A DNA stretch of 61,368 nucleotides, filler included, from Kipferlia bialata (Eukaryota), in assembly GCA_003568945.1 (NCBI GenBank). It is 3 parts of 3 records of this genome, joined end to end, with 100 filler letters (N's around TTAATTAATTAA, not from the genome) between each part and the next. Parts side by side here need not be neighbours in the genome. Positions count along the whole stretch, not along the records: positions 1 to 20,395 come from BDIP01000376.1; positions 20,496 to 40,888 come from BDIP01000377.1; 1 more part is not named here. The stretch is one strand, 5' to 3'. Shown here piece by piece: positions 12,083 through 25,100 of this stretch. The notes below the pieces were generated by a model. That model had not been told where the DNA came from, did not search any database, and saw nothing but the letters and a program-made list of their open reading frames with translations. A program made the position numbers and the translations under genes. How positions within the stretch are numbered: the stretch's first letter is position 1; each line of letters opens with the position of its first letter.

Positions 12083-12370
12083 GTACGTGCATCTGTAGTA
12101 TCAATAGTATAGACGAGTGTTCTGGACCTCACAGTGCGGTATATGCATCAGGGTGTATATTGTAGTGATTCGTGTGTTACAACGTGTGTGGCTGTATGTT
12201 GCCTCTATTGATGGTTTGATGAGTCCAGTTACATATATATGTCTCTTCCAAAGTGTATCAGTGAATCAGTGTATGTGTATGTACAGTGGCGAGTACTTTG
12301 GCTTATGTCTCTTTATCTCCCCTCTATCCCGTTGGGTAGTATTCTATTTCCTTCATCCTTTCCCTTGTTG

Positions 12371-12373
<3 letters not shown>

Positions 12374-12406
<33 letters not shown>

Positions 12407-12450
12407 CCCCCCCCCCTCTCCCCCCCCCCCCCCCCCCCCCTCCCCCTCCC
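12374..12450. repeat. Poly-C tract between the p24-like exon and RTCA
   Basis: About 75 nt of nearly pure C, seen directly. Confidence 0.95.
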
Positions 12451-12571
12451 CCACGCCTCCACGTCCACTCTCTCTCTCCCTTCACATCACCCCAGGTTGG
12501 AACCTCCTCCCTCTTCTATCTCTCTCCTCTAGTATATATCTCTATAAGGGTCCAACCCCTCACTCTCTCAG

Positions 12572-14434
12572 GTTGGCACCTCCTCGCTCACCCTCCTGCC
12601 TGGTAAGGGCTACCAGAGGCACATTGATGTGTCCATTGCCACAGCAGGCAGTGTGGGTCTGGTGTGCCAGGTATAGACAATCTCTCTCACTCTCTCCCTG
12701 TATGCCTATATCTTTGCTCCAGGTATAGACATTCTCCCTCCCCTCTATGTATACTATGTGTGTTGTTGTGTATGTGCACTCACCCATAGGCCCTACAGAC
12801 TGCCTACCTTGGCCTTGGTACCGACATCCACTCTCCACCTATAACCAAGGGTATCAAGGGTGCACAGACAGCAGCATCTGAGGGAGAGAGAGAGGCAGAT
12901 GGACAGGGTGTGCACACAGTCAGGATTAAGGGGGGTGCCACATACGGCATGTTTGCACCAGGTACTCTACTCTCACCCTCCGTTCCCCCCCCTCTCCACT
13001 GCCATGTAATTTTACAAAAGATCCGTCTAGTGTCGTATAACCCTCCCTTTCTCTACCCCCTTTACTAAGTCATTCCCCATGTGGTAGAGCACATCGTTCT
13101 GATATGGAAGTCGTATCTGCTGCACACTTATTCCCAGGTGTCAATGACCTCAACCATGTGACCTACCCCTATCTGGCCAGGATGGGGCTGCACTGCCACA
13201 TAGAGGTGGAGAGGGAGGGTATGTGTATACTCTACACTATACCGAGATTCATAGCTGATAATATGTGGGTGCTGCAATACCATTAGAAACATTTCTTCCC
13301 TCACCATCAGGTTTTGTCCCTAAGGGCGGTGCTATATGTACTCTATCTGCTAGGAAGGACCCAGAGATCAGACCCCTTGTCATTCGGGAGAGGGGGAAGG
13401 TTATTAGGTATGGTACAGTTCTCTCAGCCTCACTCCATGTATTGCCCTATTGAGTATGTCTCTTCTCTTTATCTATGTTGTCTGTTCTCACTCCTAGGTC
13501 TGAGGTCCACATCATGGCAGCGGCACACTACGAGAAGGTACAGTGTATATGTGTGAAATTTACCATCCAACTTCTATGCATTCCTGATCCAATGCTTACT
13601 CAGAATACCTCCCGTATTGAGAAGGCCCTGCGCAACAGATACAAGCAGCTGTGCAAGGGTGCCCCTTCCAATCCATCAACCACACCTGACTTGGAGTCGG
13701 TGCCACTAGAGGTATGTATATGTGTATATGTATATATATACCTGTTTGTCACACTAGAACACAATACTCTCTATCACATCAATACCAGTTTACTCTATAA
13801 CAATGCCTCCGTTCATGTCCATGCCTCCCACTCTGAGGGTTGGCCTCTACTATACTATTGATAGTAATCCACTATATACGCCCTCTACTATTCTGACCCC
13901 TCAGGTCCATGTCTCCCTCTCTGATGTGGTTAGGGGCAACCCCAACTGTAACTATGTCTCATCTTACTAACACTATTCCTTTCTGATACTCCCAGGTCCA
14001 TGTCTCCCACTCTGATGTGGTTGGTGGCAACCCCAACTGTGTGGCCATAACTGGACATACAGTGTTTGAGAACGGGGTGTTTGCATCAGACACTGTGCTG
14101 AAGAAGGGCAGGAGGGACACAGAAGAGGCACTAGGTACACTATAATATCTAGTGTCTCAATGAATATGCCTTTTAGTTGGATATCCACTAATTAGAGGTC
14201 GCAGAGCCGCAGAGGCCCTGTATGCCACGCACACCACACCTGCAGTGGTGGACACACACACCGCAGACCAGCTGGTAGGGCTACTATATACTGTATCTAT
14301 GACCTGCCTTTATCTGTCATCGAAATTCGGTTGCTGCCATTAACCTATTTCACTCCCAGTTATGTCTCTCTTTCTATCTATATGCGTATGTACCTGACCC
14401 CGGGTTGCTGCACTTGCCCTATGCGATGCCCCCT

Positions 14435-14473
<39 letters not shown>

Positions 14474-14852
14474 ACATGTGGCTTTAACACACTAGGTTGC
14501 CGCCCTTGCCCTGCCTCCTGCTCTCTCTCTCTCTCTCTTTCCCCTCTCTCCACTTGTACAGCTAACCCCAGGTAGCTGCCCTTGCCCTCTGCCCTGCCCC
14601 CTGTACATTCACAGTGGACAGCATCTCCAGCCACTTCTCGACAAACTGCAGGTATGTATCCATGGCGCTCTGCTCATGCGAATAAACGATAGTATGATGC
14701 ATGATATACTCAGCAGACTGCCCAATATACGTTGGGATGTCATCACTCTATCACCCTATCTCACCCCCAGCATGATGCAGTTCTTTGCCCCTGATCGGAA
14801 GTTCTCTTGGACCCAGGAGGGAGAGAGACTGTGGAGGGTCACGGTGGAGTAG
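12572..14852 (+). CDS. RTCA: RNA 3'-terminal phosphate cyclase, N-terminus missing
   Basis: Spliced exons give GTSSLTLLPG...IATAGSVGLVCQ, IKGGATYGMFAPG, YPYLARMG, REGFVPKGGA, VVDTHTADQL and ISSHFSTN. The last motif carries the catalytic His (codon 14632-14634), which Rcl1 lacks. Stop at 14850-14852. The N-terminal GEGGGQ motif was not found. Confidence 0.85.
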
Positions 14853-15062
14853 ATCCACAATAGAGTCATCGTTATTATGAACCAACCCATATTTGAACCA
14901 TATTTGCCTCATGTTATTAATGAGTACATAGTCCACACTCTAAAGAGAAGGGGAACTGATTCTGGTTCCCAATGTAGCATACTCTGTACTGTACATACAC
15001 TGTACTGTACATACACTGTACTCTGTATGATAGTGACACTCACTGTATCCATCTGCCTCTAT

Positions 15063-15405
15063 TCAGAATGTGGCTATGGTCAACTCATCCTCTCTGGTCA
15101 GTGTCTGAACAGACACGCCCTGGGGTGGGTAAGATAACATACATAATATACATATACACTATGCTACTCTACTTAGGTATCAGACACACCCTGGGGTGGG
15201 AGAAATAACAGATATACTATACTATTCTACTACTCTACTACTCTCCTACTTTACTACAGTACCAGGTTATGAGTACCTCCTCTGCCTCTCCATCCTCTGT
15301 CACCCTCTGCACCACCCACATGAAGGGACACCCACAGGCAGGGTTGTATGTCCTTTCAAAGAGAGCCATGGTGTATAAGTGGGCGTGCCACTTGTCGGCC
15401 CAAGT
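15063..15405 (-). CDS. Last two exons of an unidentified gene running into the gap
   Basis: TWADKWHAHLYTMALFERTYNPACGCPFMWVVQRVTEDGEAEE|GVSVQTLTREDELTIATF* with consensus splice sites; convergent with RTCA. Confidence 0.5.
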
Positions 15406-15493
15406 CTACATGTTAGTGTGGAAGGGAGAGAAGGGGGAAGGGGGGGGGGGGGGAGGGGGGGGGGAGGATACTTGTGCTCTCAGATACTCACAT

Positions 15494-16269
15494 NNNNNNN
15501 NNNNNNNNNNNNNNNNNNNNNNNNNNNNNNNNNNNNNNNNNNNNNNNNNNNNNNNNNNNNNNNNNNNNNNNNNNNNNNNNNNNNNNNNNNNNNNNNNNNN
15601 NNNNNNNNNNNNNNNNNNNNNNNNNNNNNNNNNNNNNNNNNNNNNNNNNNNNNNNNNNNNNNNNNNNNNNNNNNNNNNNNNNNNNNNNNNNNNNNNNNNN
15701 NNNNNNNNNNNNNNNNNNNNNNNNNNNNNNNNNNNNNNNNNNNNNNNNNNNNNNNNNNNNNNNNNNNNNNNNNNNNNNNNNNNNNNNNNNNNNNNNNNNN
15801 NNNNNNNNNNNNNNNNNNNNNNNNNNNNNNNNNNNNNNNNNNNNNNNNNNNNNNNNNNNNNNNNNNNNNNNNNNNNNNNNNNNNNNNNNNNNNNNNNNNN
15901 NNNNNNNNNNNNNNNNNNNNNNNNNNNNNNNNNNNNNNNNNNNNNNNNNNNNNNNNNNNNNNNNNNNNNNNNNNNNNNNNNNNNNNNNNNNNNNNNNNNN
16001 NNNNNNNNNNNNNNNNNNNNNNNNNNNNNNNNNNNNNNNNNNNNNNNNNNNNNNNNNNNNNNNNNNNNNNNNNNNNNNNNNNNNNNNNNNNNNNNNNNNN
16101 NNNNNNNNNNNNNNNNNNNNNNNNNNNNNNNNNNNNNNNNNNNNNNNNNNNNNNNNNNNNNNNNNNNNNNNNNNNNNNNNNNNNNNNNNNNNNNNNNNNN
16201 NNNNNNNNNNNNNNNNNNNNNNNNNNNNNNNNNNNNNNNNNNNNNNNNNNNNNNNNNNNNNNNNNNNNN
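15494..16269. other. Assembly gap (776 N)
   Basis: N run flanked by poly-G and poly-C/CT tracts. Confidence 1.
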
Positions 16270-16307
16270 GACTTCCTTCTCTCTCTCTCCCCCCCCCCCC
16301 CCTCTCT

Positions 16308-16342
<35 letters not shown>

Positions 16343-16378
16343 ATCCCAAGTCTGCATGATGTGTTTATGCCACTACCG

Positions 16379-16418
<40 letters not shown>

Positions 16419-16419
16419 G

Positions 16420-19400
16420 GTCTGCATGATGTGTTCATGGGACTACGACACAGACTGCGCACCATCCCAGACTTCCACTCACAGGTGTGCCCTTCCTCTC
16501 TCTCTGCTTCTCTGTCTTCCCCCTCACCCCCAGCACCTCCTCAACACCCTAGACGTGTGTGACTCTGTGGTCAAGAACTGTGGCCCAGATGCAGCATACC
16601 ACATATCAAGGTGCTCACAAGTAGACTTATACCACTAACACTACATGCTACCTTTTCTTTTCTCTCTTACCCTTAGACAGAAGTTTGTGACTGTCCTCTA
16701 CACCCTCCTCCGTCTGAGGCGCCCCAGTGCCACAGTGCAGACCAAGCTGCTCAGACTCATCATGTACTGGATGGGTGAGGCCATATATGAATATATAGAC
16801 CAAGCTGCTCAGATATTCGATACATATATAGTCACTCTTCTCCCTCTCCCCCTCACCCCCCAGTCACCTACTCAGCCACCGAGGCGCCTGGTATCCACAG
16901 GCTGGTGGAGAGGCTCAACTCAGAGGGGGTGCAGTTCCCACCCCCAGACAACGGGTATGCACGCAGTATGTGTATATGTCAATATCCTTGGCTACTTGCC
17001 TTACCACTAGCCAGCCCCCGGCCCGTCTCCCTGCCCCCCAGCCCTCTGCCCCTGCCCTGCCTGCCCTGATGCCCGCACCCCCGCAGAAGGTGGGTGATGT
17101 ATAGTACATGCCTATGGTATAGAATGAGACTGAGATAGTACTGTATGTTACCGATATGTTGTAGTGACCCTACCCCTCATCCCCCAGGTGGAGTCCTTGG
17201 AGACATGTGCCGAGGTCCTGGCCTCAGACTACGAGGTGGGGGAAGTGTGTACTCTACACTGTATATAGGTACCATCTCTATACGCATGTGTATCCGTTCG
17301 TGCCTCACCCCAGACCCTGATTGCTGCCATTGTGACTCAGAGACGGACAGGCATCTCCCCCAGTGAGTGTGCCACCCAGTGCAGTCAGCAGATGGAGGTA
17401 TGGATATACAGACAGGTTGATAGATAGATAGCAGATGGTGGTGGGGATTGTGTACACGGATACAGATATAGAGAGAGATGCAGTGCACACAGCAGATGGA
17501 GGTGGGTATACTAGTACATATATAGAGATGCAGTGCAGTCAGCACATGGAGGTGGGTATTGTGTATACTGATGCATATCTAGAGACGCTCTCCTTCTCAA
17601 GTGTAATCACCACATGGACGTGAGTGAATGTCTGTGTCTCCACTAACGCTGTTTGGTTGTATATTCTCTCTCTCTCGTTCTCAATACTAATCCCCCAGAA
17701 GCTGTCTGCCTCCACTGACACTGTGCACACTGCCATCAGGACATCCCCCCCTCTGTCTGGCGAGACACTCAACGCAGCCATAGCCCTGGTCACGTCATGT
17801 ATGTGGTAGGCTAATATCTTATACAGTGTACATGTATTCCCTATCTATATTACACTACTCAACGCAGCCATAGCCCTGGTCACATCATGTATGGGGTGCT
17901 ACTACATATCTGCTCCATGTTAAGAGTGTATTGGGATGTATATATACATGTATGTGTGTGTATGTACGTTGTGGTAGTCTGTTAGCATAGAGTGTACATA
18001 CATGTGTTTGTAAACCCTTTGACCCCAGCCCGTGAGTGCCTCATCTGTTTGAGAGAGGGCAGGTGGCCGCCTGGCCTCACTGTGGCACCCCCTGCATCAG
18101 GTGGCATGACAGGTATGTACCCTCTCTCTCTCTGTCTCGCTCTCTCTGTGTCTCTCTGTATGTAGTCATCTCTCCCTCACTCCAGACCCCCAGCTGATAG
18201 GGTTTGAGGACATGGTGTCACTCTCTCTCTCTCTCTCTCTATCTATATCTATGTATATATATAGTGTGTACATATCTTACTCCAGACCCCCAGCTGATAG
18301 GCTTCGAGGACATGGTGGTCAAGGAGCCATCCCCACCTAGGTGTGATTCTTCCAAGGATACACATATACATATGTGTATGTGCATCTCCAATCAAATACC
18401 TAACCCCAGGGATGTCCTCCAGGGCAATGAGTCTCTGGTGGCCTTTGAGGCACTAGGAGAGCTGGCCCCGGCACAGGTGGACGAGGTATGGGGTGGTATA
18501 CATACCTTGTGAATCTTGCTCTGGCTCTTGCTCTCTATATCTGTCTCACCCCTCAGTCCCATGCCCTCCCTGCCCCAGTCCCTGAGCAGAGGCCCAACCA
18601 CCTGCTGCCGGAGGGCAGGCCATTCAGTGTCAGCGAGGTAGGGTCACATTGAAATGTACTGTCTGTTCTACTCCTAATGTCTCCCATGTCTGTGTATAAT
18701 TCTCACTCCAGATCACCACCGGTGAGCCTGTCGGCTCCTCTGCACCCCTCGACAGCAGCAACGAGGTAGACTAGTACACTATGTATTCATAGTATATGGA
18801 TATTCTTGTGTTGGGTCGTATCGTGTAGAGTGACCCCAGGTGACTGAGCTTCCCCCAGAGATGCCTGCTGCCGTCACCTCCCTGCCCCCCACTGCCGCAG
18901 CTGCTGCCTTTGACTCCTCCTTCTCAGGTCTCTCTCTCTCTCTCACCCTTATACACACACATCTCACCCTTCTGAAAAGGTATTTATCTGTCTCTTTACA
19001 TGTATATCTGCCTCACCCCAGAGACGGCCTTCGAGAGTGGCTTTGAGACCAGTGACAGCGAGGGCCCTGCCCCCTCCCACCCCCAGCCTGTGCATGTCAT
19101 ATCCACATCCGCACCCATACACCCCCCTAAGGTGGGTGTACTTACACATCTACCTCACATTGTACACCCCCCTAAGGTATGGGTGTGTACTCAATCATGG
19201 CATAGTATGGTGTACATATTCACTCTTCATTCTTCATACATCTCATCCACACTCACCCCCTAGGGCTATGCCCCCCCCCCAGACAGATGCGGTCACTGTG
19301 TCCCTCTCTCATACATACTCATTCTCTACATGGGTGTATACTAGTGTGTACTCACCTTAGGGCTATGTCCCCCCCCAGACCGATGCGGTCAGTGAGGTGG

Positions 19401-19465
19401 AGCCTGTGGAGACCAAGCCCGACGACCCCTTCGCCGAACTCATGGCAATCCTCGACAACAAGTAG
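16420..19465 (+). CDS. VHS-domain endosomal adaptor (TOM1/GGA-like), 5' end in the gap
   Basis: Exons give LNTLDVCDSVVKNCG, VQTKLLRLIMYW and RLNSEGVQFPPP (VHS signatures). These are followed by a Pro-rich linker, a helical GAT-like region and an acidic disordered tail ending KPDDPFAELMAILDNK* at 19465. Confidence 0.8.
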
Positions 19466-19836
19466 GGGGGGAGGTACAAGGCCTAGTAGAGAGGGATGGA
19501 GACTTTGGTGGACGGTCTCACAGTCTAAAAATAGAAAAGACACCACATGTAATAGATATATATTGTTCAGTGACTGCTTGTAGCTACTCACGCCACATTT
19601 CTTGTTGGAGGTGGTTACATTTCATATCACCTCTTCGACCATTATGACCGTATCATACGGTCACCGTATGCTCTGTAGAGGTAAGAAATAGAACTCAAAT
19701 TCTACCCGTCACACATGACAATCTATTGTCCAAAACACACGCTAACACTAACGAATCACACTATCAAACTTCCTTCTAAGTAAAGAGCTCTAACACTACT
19801 TGAAATGGTCTCTCAACCATGCTGGCAGGGAATGGC

Positions 19837-20240
19837 TCACTTTCTCTTCACGAATACCACCACCCCCGCTACAACTGCCACCACAACCACCCCACCCACA
19901 CCCCACACCCAGTAGGGCACACCCAGGAGGCCAGAGCTGGTGGATAGGCCGATAATAGGGTCGTGGACGAGGTTGCCTGTGTGAGGGGGGGGGGGGACAA
20001 TGCTACACTAATCTACTTCCTCAGTATACATTTGGTACGCAATATCTACTCGATGATCTAGTACCTGTGAAGTGGGGGTACATGATGACAATGTTGGGGT
20101 TGGCGCTCTCCTTGGACTCCTGGGGGGGTAAGACAGGCATGTCACAGTAACACTGATACTCGATAGTGATACATTTCCGACTTACATACCTCATCGATCT
20201 GTGTGACTGGCTGAACTGTGCCAGAGTCAGCCTCGGCAGC
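19837..20240 (-). CDS. C-terminal three exons of a single-pass membrane protein with a YPHF...LVHDP motif
   Basis: AAEADSGTVQPVTQIDE|ESKESANPNIVIMYPHFTG|NLVHDPIIGLSTSSGLLGVPYWVWGVGGVVVVAVVAGVVVFVKRK*, in frame, with a hydrophobic helix and a KRK stop-transfer tail. Confidence 0.7.
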
Positions 20241-20395
20241 CTGGGGTGAGACTCAGACTCAGATTACATATATCAATGCCAAGGAGGTACAGGTAAATGA
20301 ATGCCCAATGGAGGCCATACTCCATGGACAAAGGATAAGAGGGTAACATCATATATGGGGGGGGGGGGGGGGGAACCCCCCCCCTTGGGGGGGAT

Positions 20396-20495
20396 NNNNN
20401 NNNNNNNNNNNNNNNNNNNNNNNNNNNNNNNNNNNNNNNTTAATTAATTAANNNNNNNNNNNNNNNNNNNNNNNNNNNNNNNNNNNNNNNNNNNN
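20396..20495. other. Artificial contig linker (N44-TTAATTAATTAA-N44)
   Basis: A six-frame-stop 12-mer at 20440-20451 centred in a 100-nt N block; an identical block occurs at 40889-40988. Confidence 0.95.
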
Positions 20496-20745
20496 CCCTT
20501 TTTTTTTTTTGTTTCCCCCCCCCCCCCCCCCTCCCACCCAACCTTCTCCCGCCATTTCAATTGTCACTGATACCATATACCACATATCTATCTCTCCCCC
20601 AGACCCTCAGTCTCTGTACACCTCTCATCTACACACTCTTATATCGGTGTAGTATCAAGCTGTTCTCTCTGGAGCTCCCCCCCCCCCCTTATCTCCCTTG
20701 TCTCTCTCTTACCCTCAGTGCCTTCAACATGCTGTCCCTCGACCA

Positions 20746-20785
<40 letters not shown>

Positions 20786-20803
20786 TACCCTTCCTAACCT
20801 CAG

Positions 20804-22068
20804 TGCCTTCAACATGCTGTCTCTCGAGGTGGCAGAGAGGTCACTGGAGCTCAGAGTGGAGAGGTACATAGACACACTATGAGATATACTGTATCACATC
20901 TACTCAGTAATATTATATACTATTCTTATACATGTATACTTGAGTCACTGGAGCTCAGAGTGGAGTGGTATGGAATTGTGGCATTTGGTGTAGAGTCTAT
21001 ACATGAGGATATAGGATTAGAGGCATAACTGGGTTTCATTCCAAGTACAGTGGTCTGCCCCTCTCCCCCACGGTCACTCTCTCTTTTCTTGTGTCTTTTC
21101 CCTTCTCTGCCGCTATTCTGAGAGAGATTGTCGCCCATAGCTATAAATTGTTTGTCATTACTATAGTGTATTCCAATATATACATTAGTATAGTAATAGT
21201 AATAGTAATAGTCTCCATCTCCTCACCCCAGGGAGGATGGTGTTTACACCCATATGATCCAGTGGTGGATAGAGCCTAACTCTCTTTCTCTATATATTGT
21301 GGTAAATGTTGTAGTTTCCTCACCCCCAGGGAGGATGGTGCCCACACTCACATCGGCCTCAAGTGCAGTGTGGGACTGGCACTGGCTAAGGTAACATACA
21401 CACATATATATATATGGATATATATATGGATGTAGAGTAGGGTCAGATTGGGCAGTGTGGGACTGGCACTGGCTAAGGTATAGCCCATTCATACTCATAT
21501 ATATATGGATGTATAGTGGGGTCAGATTGGGCAGTGTGGGACTGGCACTGGCTAAGGTATCACACATGCACACATATCGGTCGCTCTCTTTCATGTATAT
21601 TCTCACCCCCAAACAAATGGTAATGACCTCCATGTACTCTATTTATGCCATAATTATTGAGGAGGTATTGACTAGTCTCACCTTAGGTCAATGGCAATGA
21701 CCTCTACCATTTTCTATTCACTATTATTGTAGAGAACATAGATTTATATATACTTGTCTCACCCCAGGCCAATGGCAATGACCTCTATGGGGTGTGGACA
21801 GCTGGACAGCCAGGACCCGTGAAGGCGAGTATACGTTCAGGTTCAATTATATACTAGTCATGTCCTTTGTGTCTATATACTTTCACATATATATATATAT
21901 CTATATCCATATGGGGTGTGGACAGCTGGACAGCCAGGACCTGTCAAGGTATGAGTGATACTGGAGAGTTGAGCATGCTCTCTCATTCTCTCTCTCCCTC
22001 TTTTATAATGAACCTTACAGTCTAATATCCAGATCACTCTCTCCACAGCCTCTGAGGAGTCCATACTA

Positions 22069-22119
<51 letters not shown>

Positions 22120-25100
22120 CTCTCCGCATGTATCTTATCCTTAGATCACTCTCTCCATAGCATCTGAGGAGTCCATGCGTGGCCACATTGTGGTGGTGCC
22201 AAAGCTGTCCATAGCAGGTACAGGAGTTCTAATTCTCTACCTATATATATATATATATATATGCATGCGTATGTATATTAATATATATGTATGGTTGTGC
22301 CTAGGCTGCCCATAGCAGGTAGTGTATACGGCTAATCCCTTACTATGTACAGTCGGTTTACTTCTATACAAATTGGTTGATTGGCCACATCGTGGGGGTG
22401 CATAGGCTGTCTATTGCAGGTACAGTATGCCACTCTCTCTCTCTCTCTCTCTTCGTATATATATGTGTATGTATGTGTGCACTCCTCCTGCATTTCACGC
22501 CAATGTGTATAGCTGTTAAGTGGTAACTCTGTCACCCTCACTGACATCAGGCCAGGAGATGCACCTGAACGGTCTCAGCATGATCACAGTCAGGTACCAT
22601 GCTTCGCCAGTATCTAAGTGACGTGATGTGTCAGTCTGTATATCTTACACACTGTGGTGCCTATGTGGGCCCTGTTCTGCTCACAAATACTCATACGTAT
22701 ATGATGTATCATTTGTCCTAGTCTATACGCCTAACCCCCAGTGGTGCCAACGTGGGCCCTGCCTGTGAGTGGCGTGACAGGCTGGCCAACTGCATCGACA
22801 CCGGGTACAACATGATACACTTCAGCCCAATCCAGGTAACAGAGTGTACACATGTACTGAGTGCTCTCTTGGGTATATATGTCTGCGTGTAGATACTCAC
22901 CCCAGGAGCCCGGTGAGAGTGGTTCCTGTTACTCCCTGTCCGACCACCACCTGGTGGCAGACGCCATTGCAAGGTATCCCATGCATATATATATTTCTAT
23001 ATATATAATGGGTATACTCACTGTTTGTCATATATGAGTATGATCCATATCATATAGTATAGACTTCTCCCCCAGTGGCACCAAGGAGGACAGGATGCTC
23101 TAGATATTTACCATATACCTACACACTCACACACACATATATATATATATATGTATGTGCTATGTTCTTCTTCCACTGATTAGTCTATCACCTTACTCCA
23201 GTGGCACCAAGGAGGACAGGATGGTCTAACTACTCACTCTCTATAAGACATATCTATATCGTAGATATAGTAGATGTGTACTTTCCATCAGTGGCACCAA
23301 GGAGGACAGAATACTCTGTGTATTCTCATCATTCAATTTACTATAGGCTATACTATTCACTATACTATTGGCCTATTACATATGTCTCACCCCAGTGGCA
23401 CCAAGGACAGGATGCTCTGTCTATTCACCATACATACATATATATAAAAACATAGATATTAAGGTGTCTATATATGTGTACATACCCCTCTCACCTTTAA
23501 GTGGCACCAAGGAGGACAGGATGCGTGCAGTGGCCAAGGGGGTGGGGCAGATACACGAGTCAGGTACATACACTACACTAACCTCATACCTCTTCTGTAC
23601 TCTCTCTGCTATATGCTTACCCTATTGACGTAATTTGTCTCGGTCTCTCAGATACACGAGTCAGGAATACATGTATGCATACAGAGTCAATGTGCACAGT
23701 GTCTCACCTTATCAACGCTGAGTTGTTGGCACCCTATGTTCTGTGTTCCTACTGTCTCCTTCCTTCTGACCCCAGGTGCTCTAGCTGTTGTCGATGTCGT
23801 GTGGAACCACATTGCATCTTCCTCCCCTGTCCTCAGGGAGAACCCAGAGTTTGGGTACACAACAAAGGTATAGTTGTTATTGAACAGAGGTATCGCGGTG
23901 TATGTCTGTCGGTCCTGTCTTTGTGCTCCCCCTCTTTCTCTCTCTCTTCTTATACATACCTAGATACTTCATATCCTTGTCGTGCCCCTACCTGGTCCCT
24001 GCCTTTGTCCTCTCTCTCTCTCTCTCTCTCTCTCCATCTCTTTATCCCTCTATCTATATGCATATCCCTCAATATTCTCACCCCAGTCCTGCCCCTACCT
24101 GGTCCCTGCCTTTGTGCTTGATGCCCACGTCATAGCACTCTCCAACGCAGTGGCTCAGGGTACGCATATTCTTACATATGTACTGATGAAGATTCACTAC
24201 CCTCTCACTTGATTAGTAATGGTCTTGCCTTATGTATGAGTGGTATTTCTCAGTCTGTATTGCACTTTCTCCTTCTTACACCCAGGCCTTGTGCCCAATG
24301 TGTCCGAGAACCCCAGGCAGTGCCACGACTGGGCAGAGAGGGTACGTGCACTCAGTGTATCACTTTCCCATTTCTTCTGGAGTTCTCTCTCACCCTCTAG
24401 TGTATATAGGTATATTTCTCACCTTAAGGTCAACCGCATTGTGCGTGACTCCCTCCTCCCCTCCCTCAGACTCCACGAGTACTTTGAGTTCAATGTCACA
24501 GAGCACAGGGACGAGATTGGAAGGAGGGCTAGCTCCCTTCTGGTCATTGCCAAGGAGGTACTGTATAGTGTTAATATACATATATTGGTGTTGTACGTAT
24601 ACTAGGAAGAGTCGTTGATTGGAATGCCGCCTCCCCACTGGCGATGGCCAAGGGCTTCCCTTAACTCAACACATATGTATTCTTGAAGCCATCGTTATAC
24701 CTCCTCTCACCCTAGGCCTGGCGCGACTGCCGCAACCGCGGTCCCTCCTCCTACCCCCCCAACTACTTTGGAGACAGCCTGGCACCCAGCCTGGATGACC
24801 TGGAGGTAGGGGCTTGTATGATTATGGATAGATGTTCATTTGTCATGTGGTTCTATTCGCTGGGTGACTCTACTGGTAAATGTATTGTGTACGCATATCT
24901 TTCACATTTTCCTCTAACCGTCAGGACGGCGTTGCCCACCAGATTGTGACTGCTGGGTACAGACTGTCCGGAAAGAGGTTTGGCGCCATGATCCAGCTGG
25001 ACAAGGTGTGTGTATGAATATTCATATGCTGACTCTCTCCATCTCTCTCTCTTAATCCCTCTCCCTCTCTCTCTCTCTCTCTCTCACCCCAGGCTGCCGA

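Noticed and set aside
15269..16562. Five ORFs of about 290-390 aa
   Set aside because: They are open only because of the N gap.
19645..19663. Inverted repeat TGACCGTAT-C-ATACGGTCA between convergent genes
   Set aside because: A single short palindrome with no evidence of function.
23076..23563. CRISPR-like appearance (short direct repeats with unique spacers)
   Set aside because: The repeats are exon fragments of AGL of variable length, the spacers are low-complexity intron DNA, and there are no cas genes.
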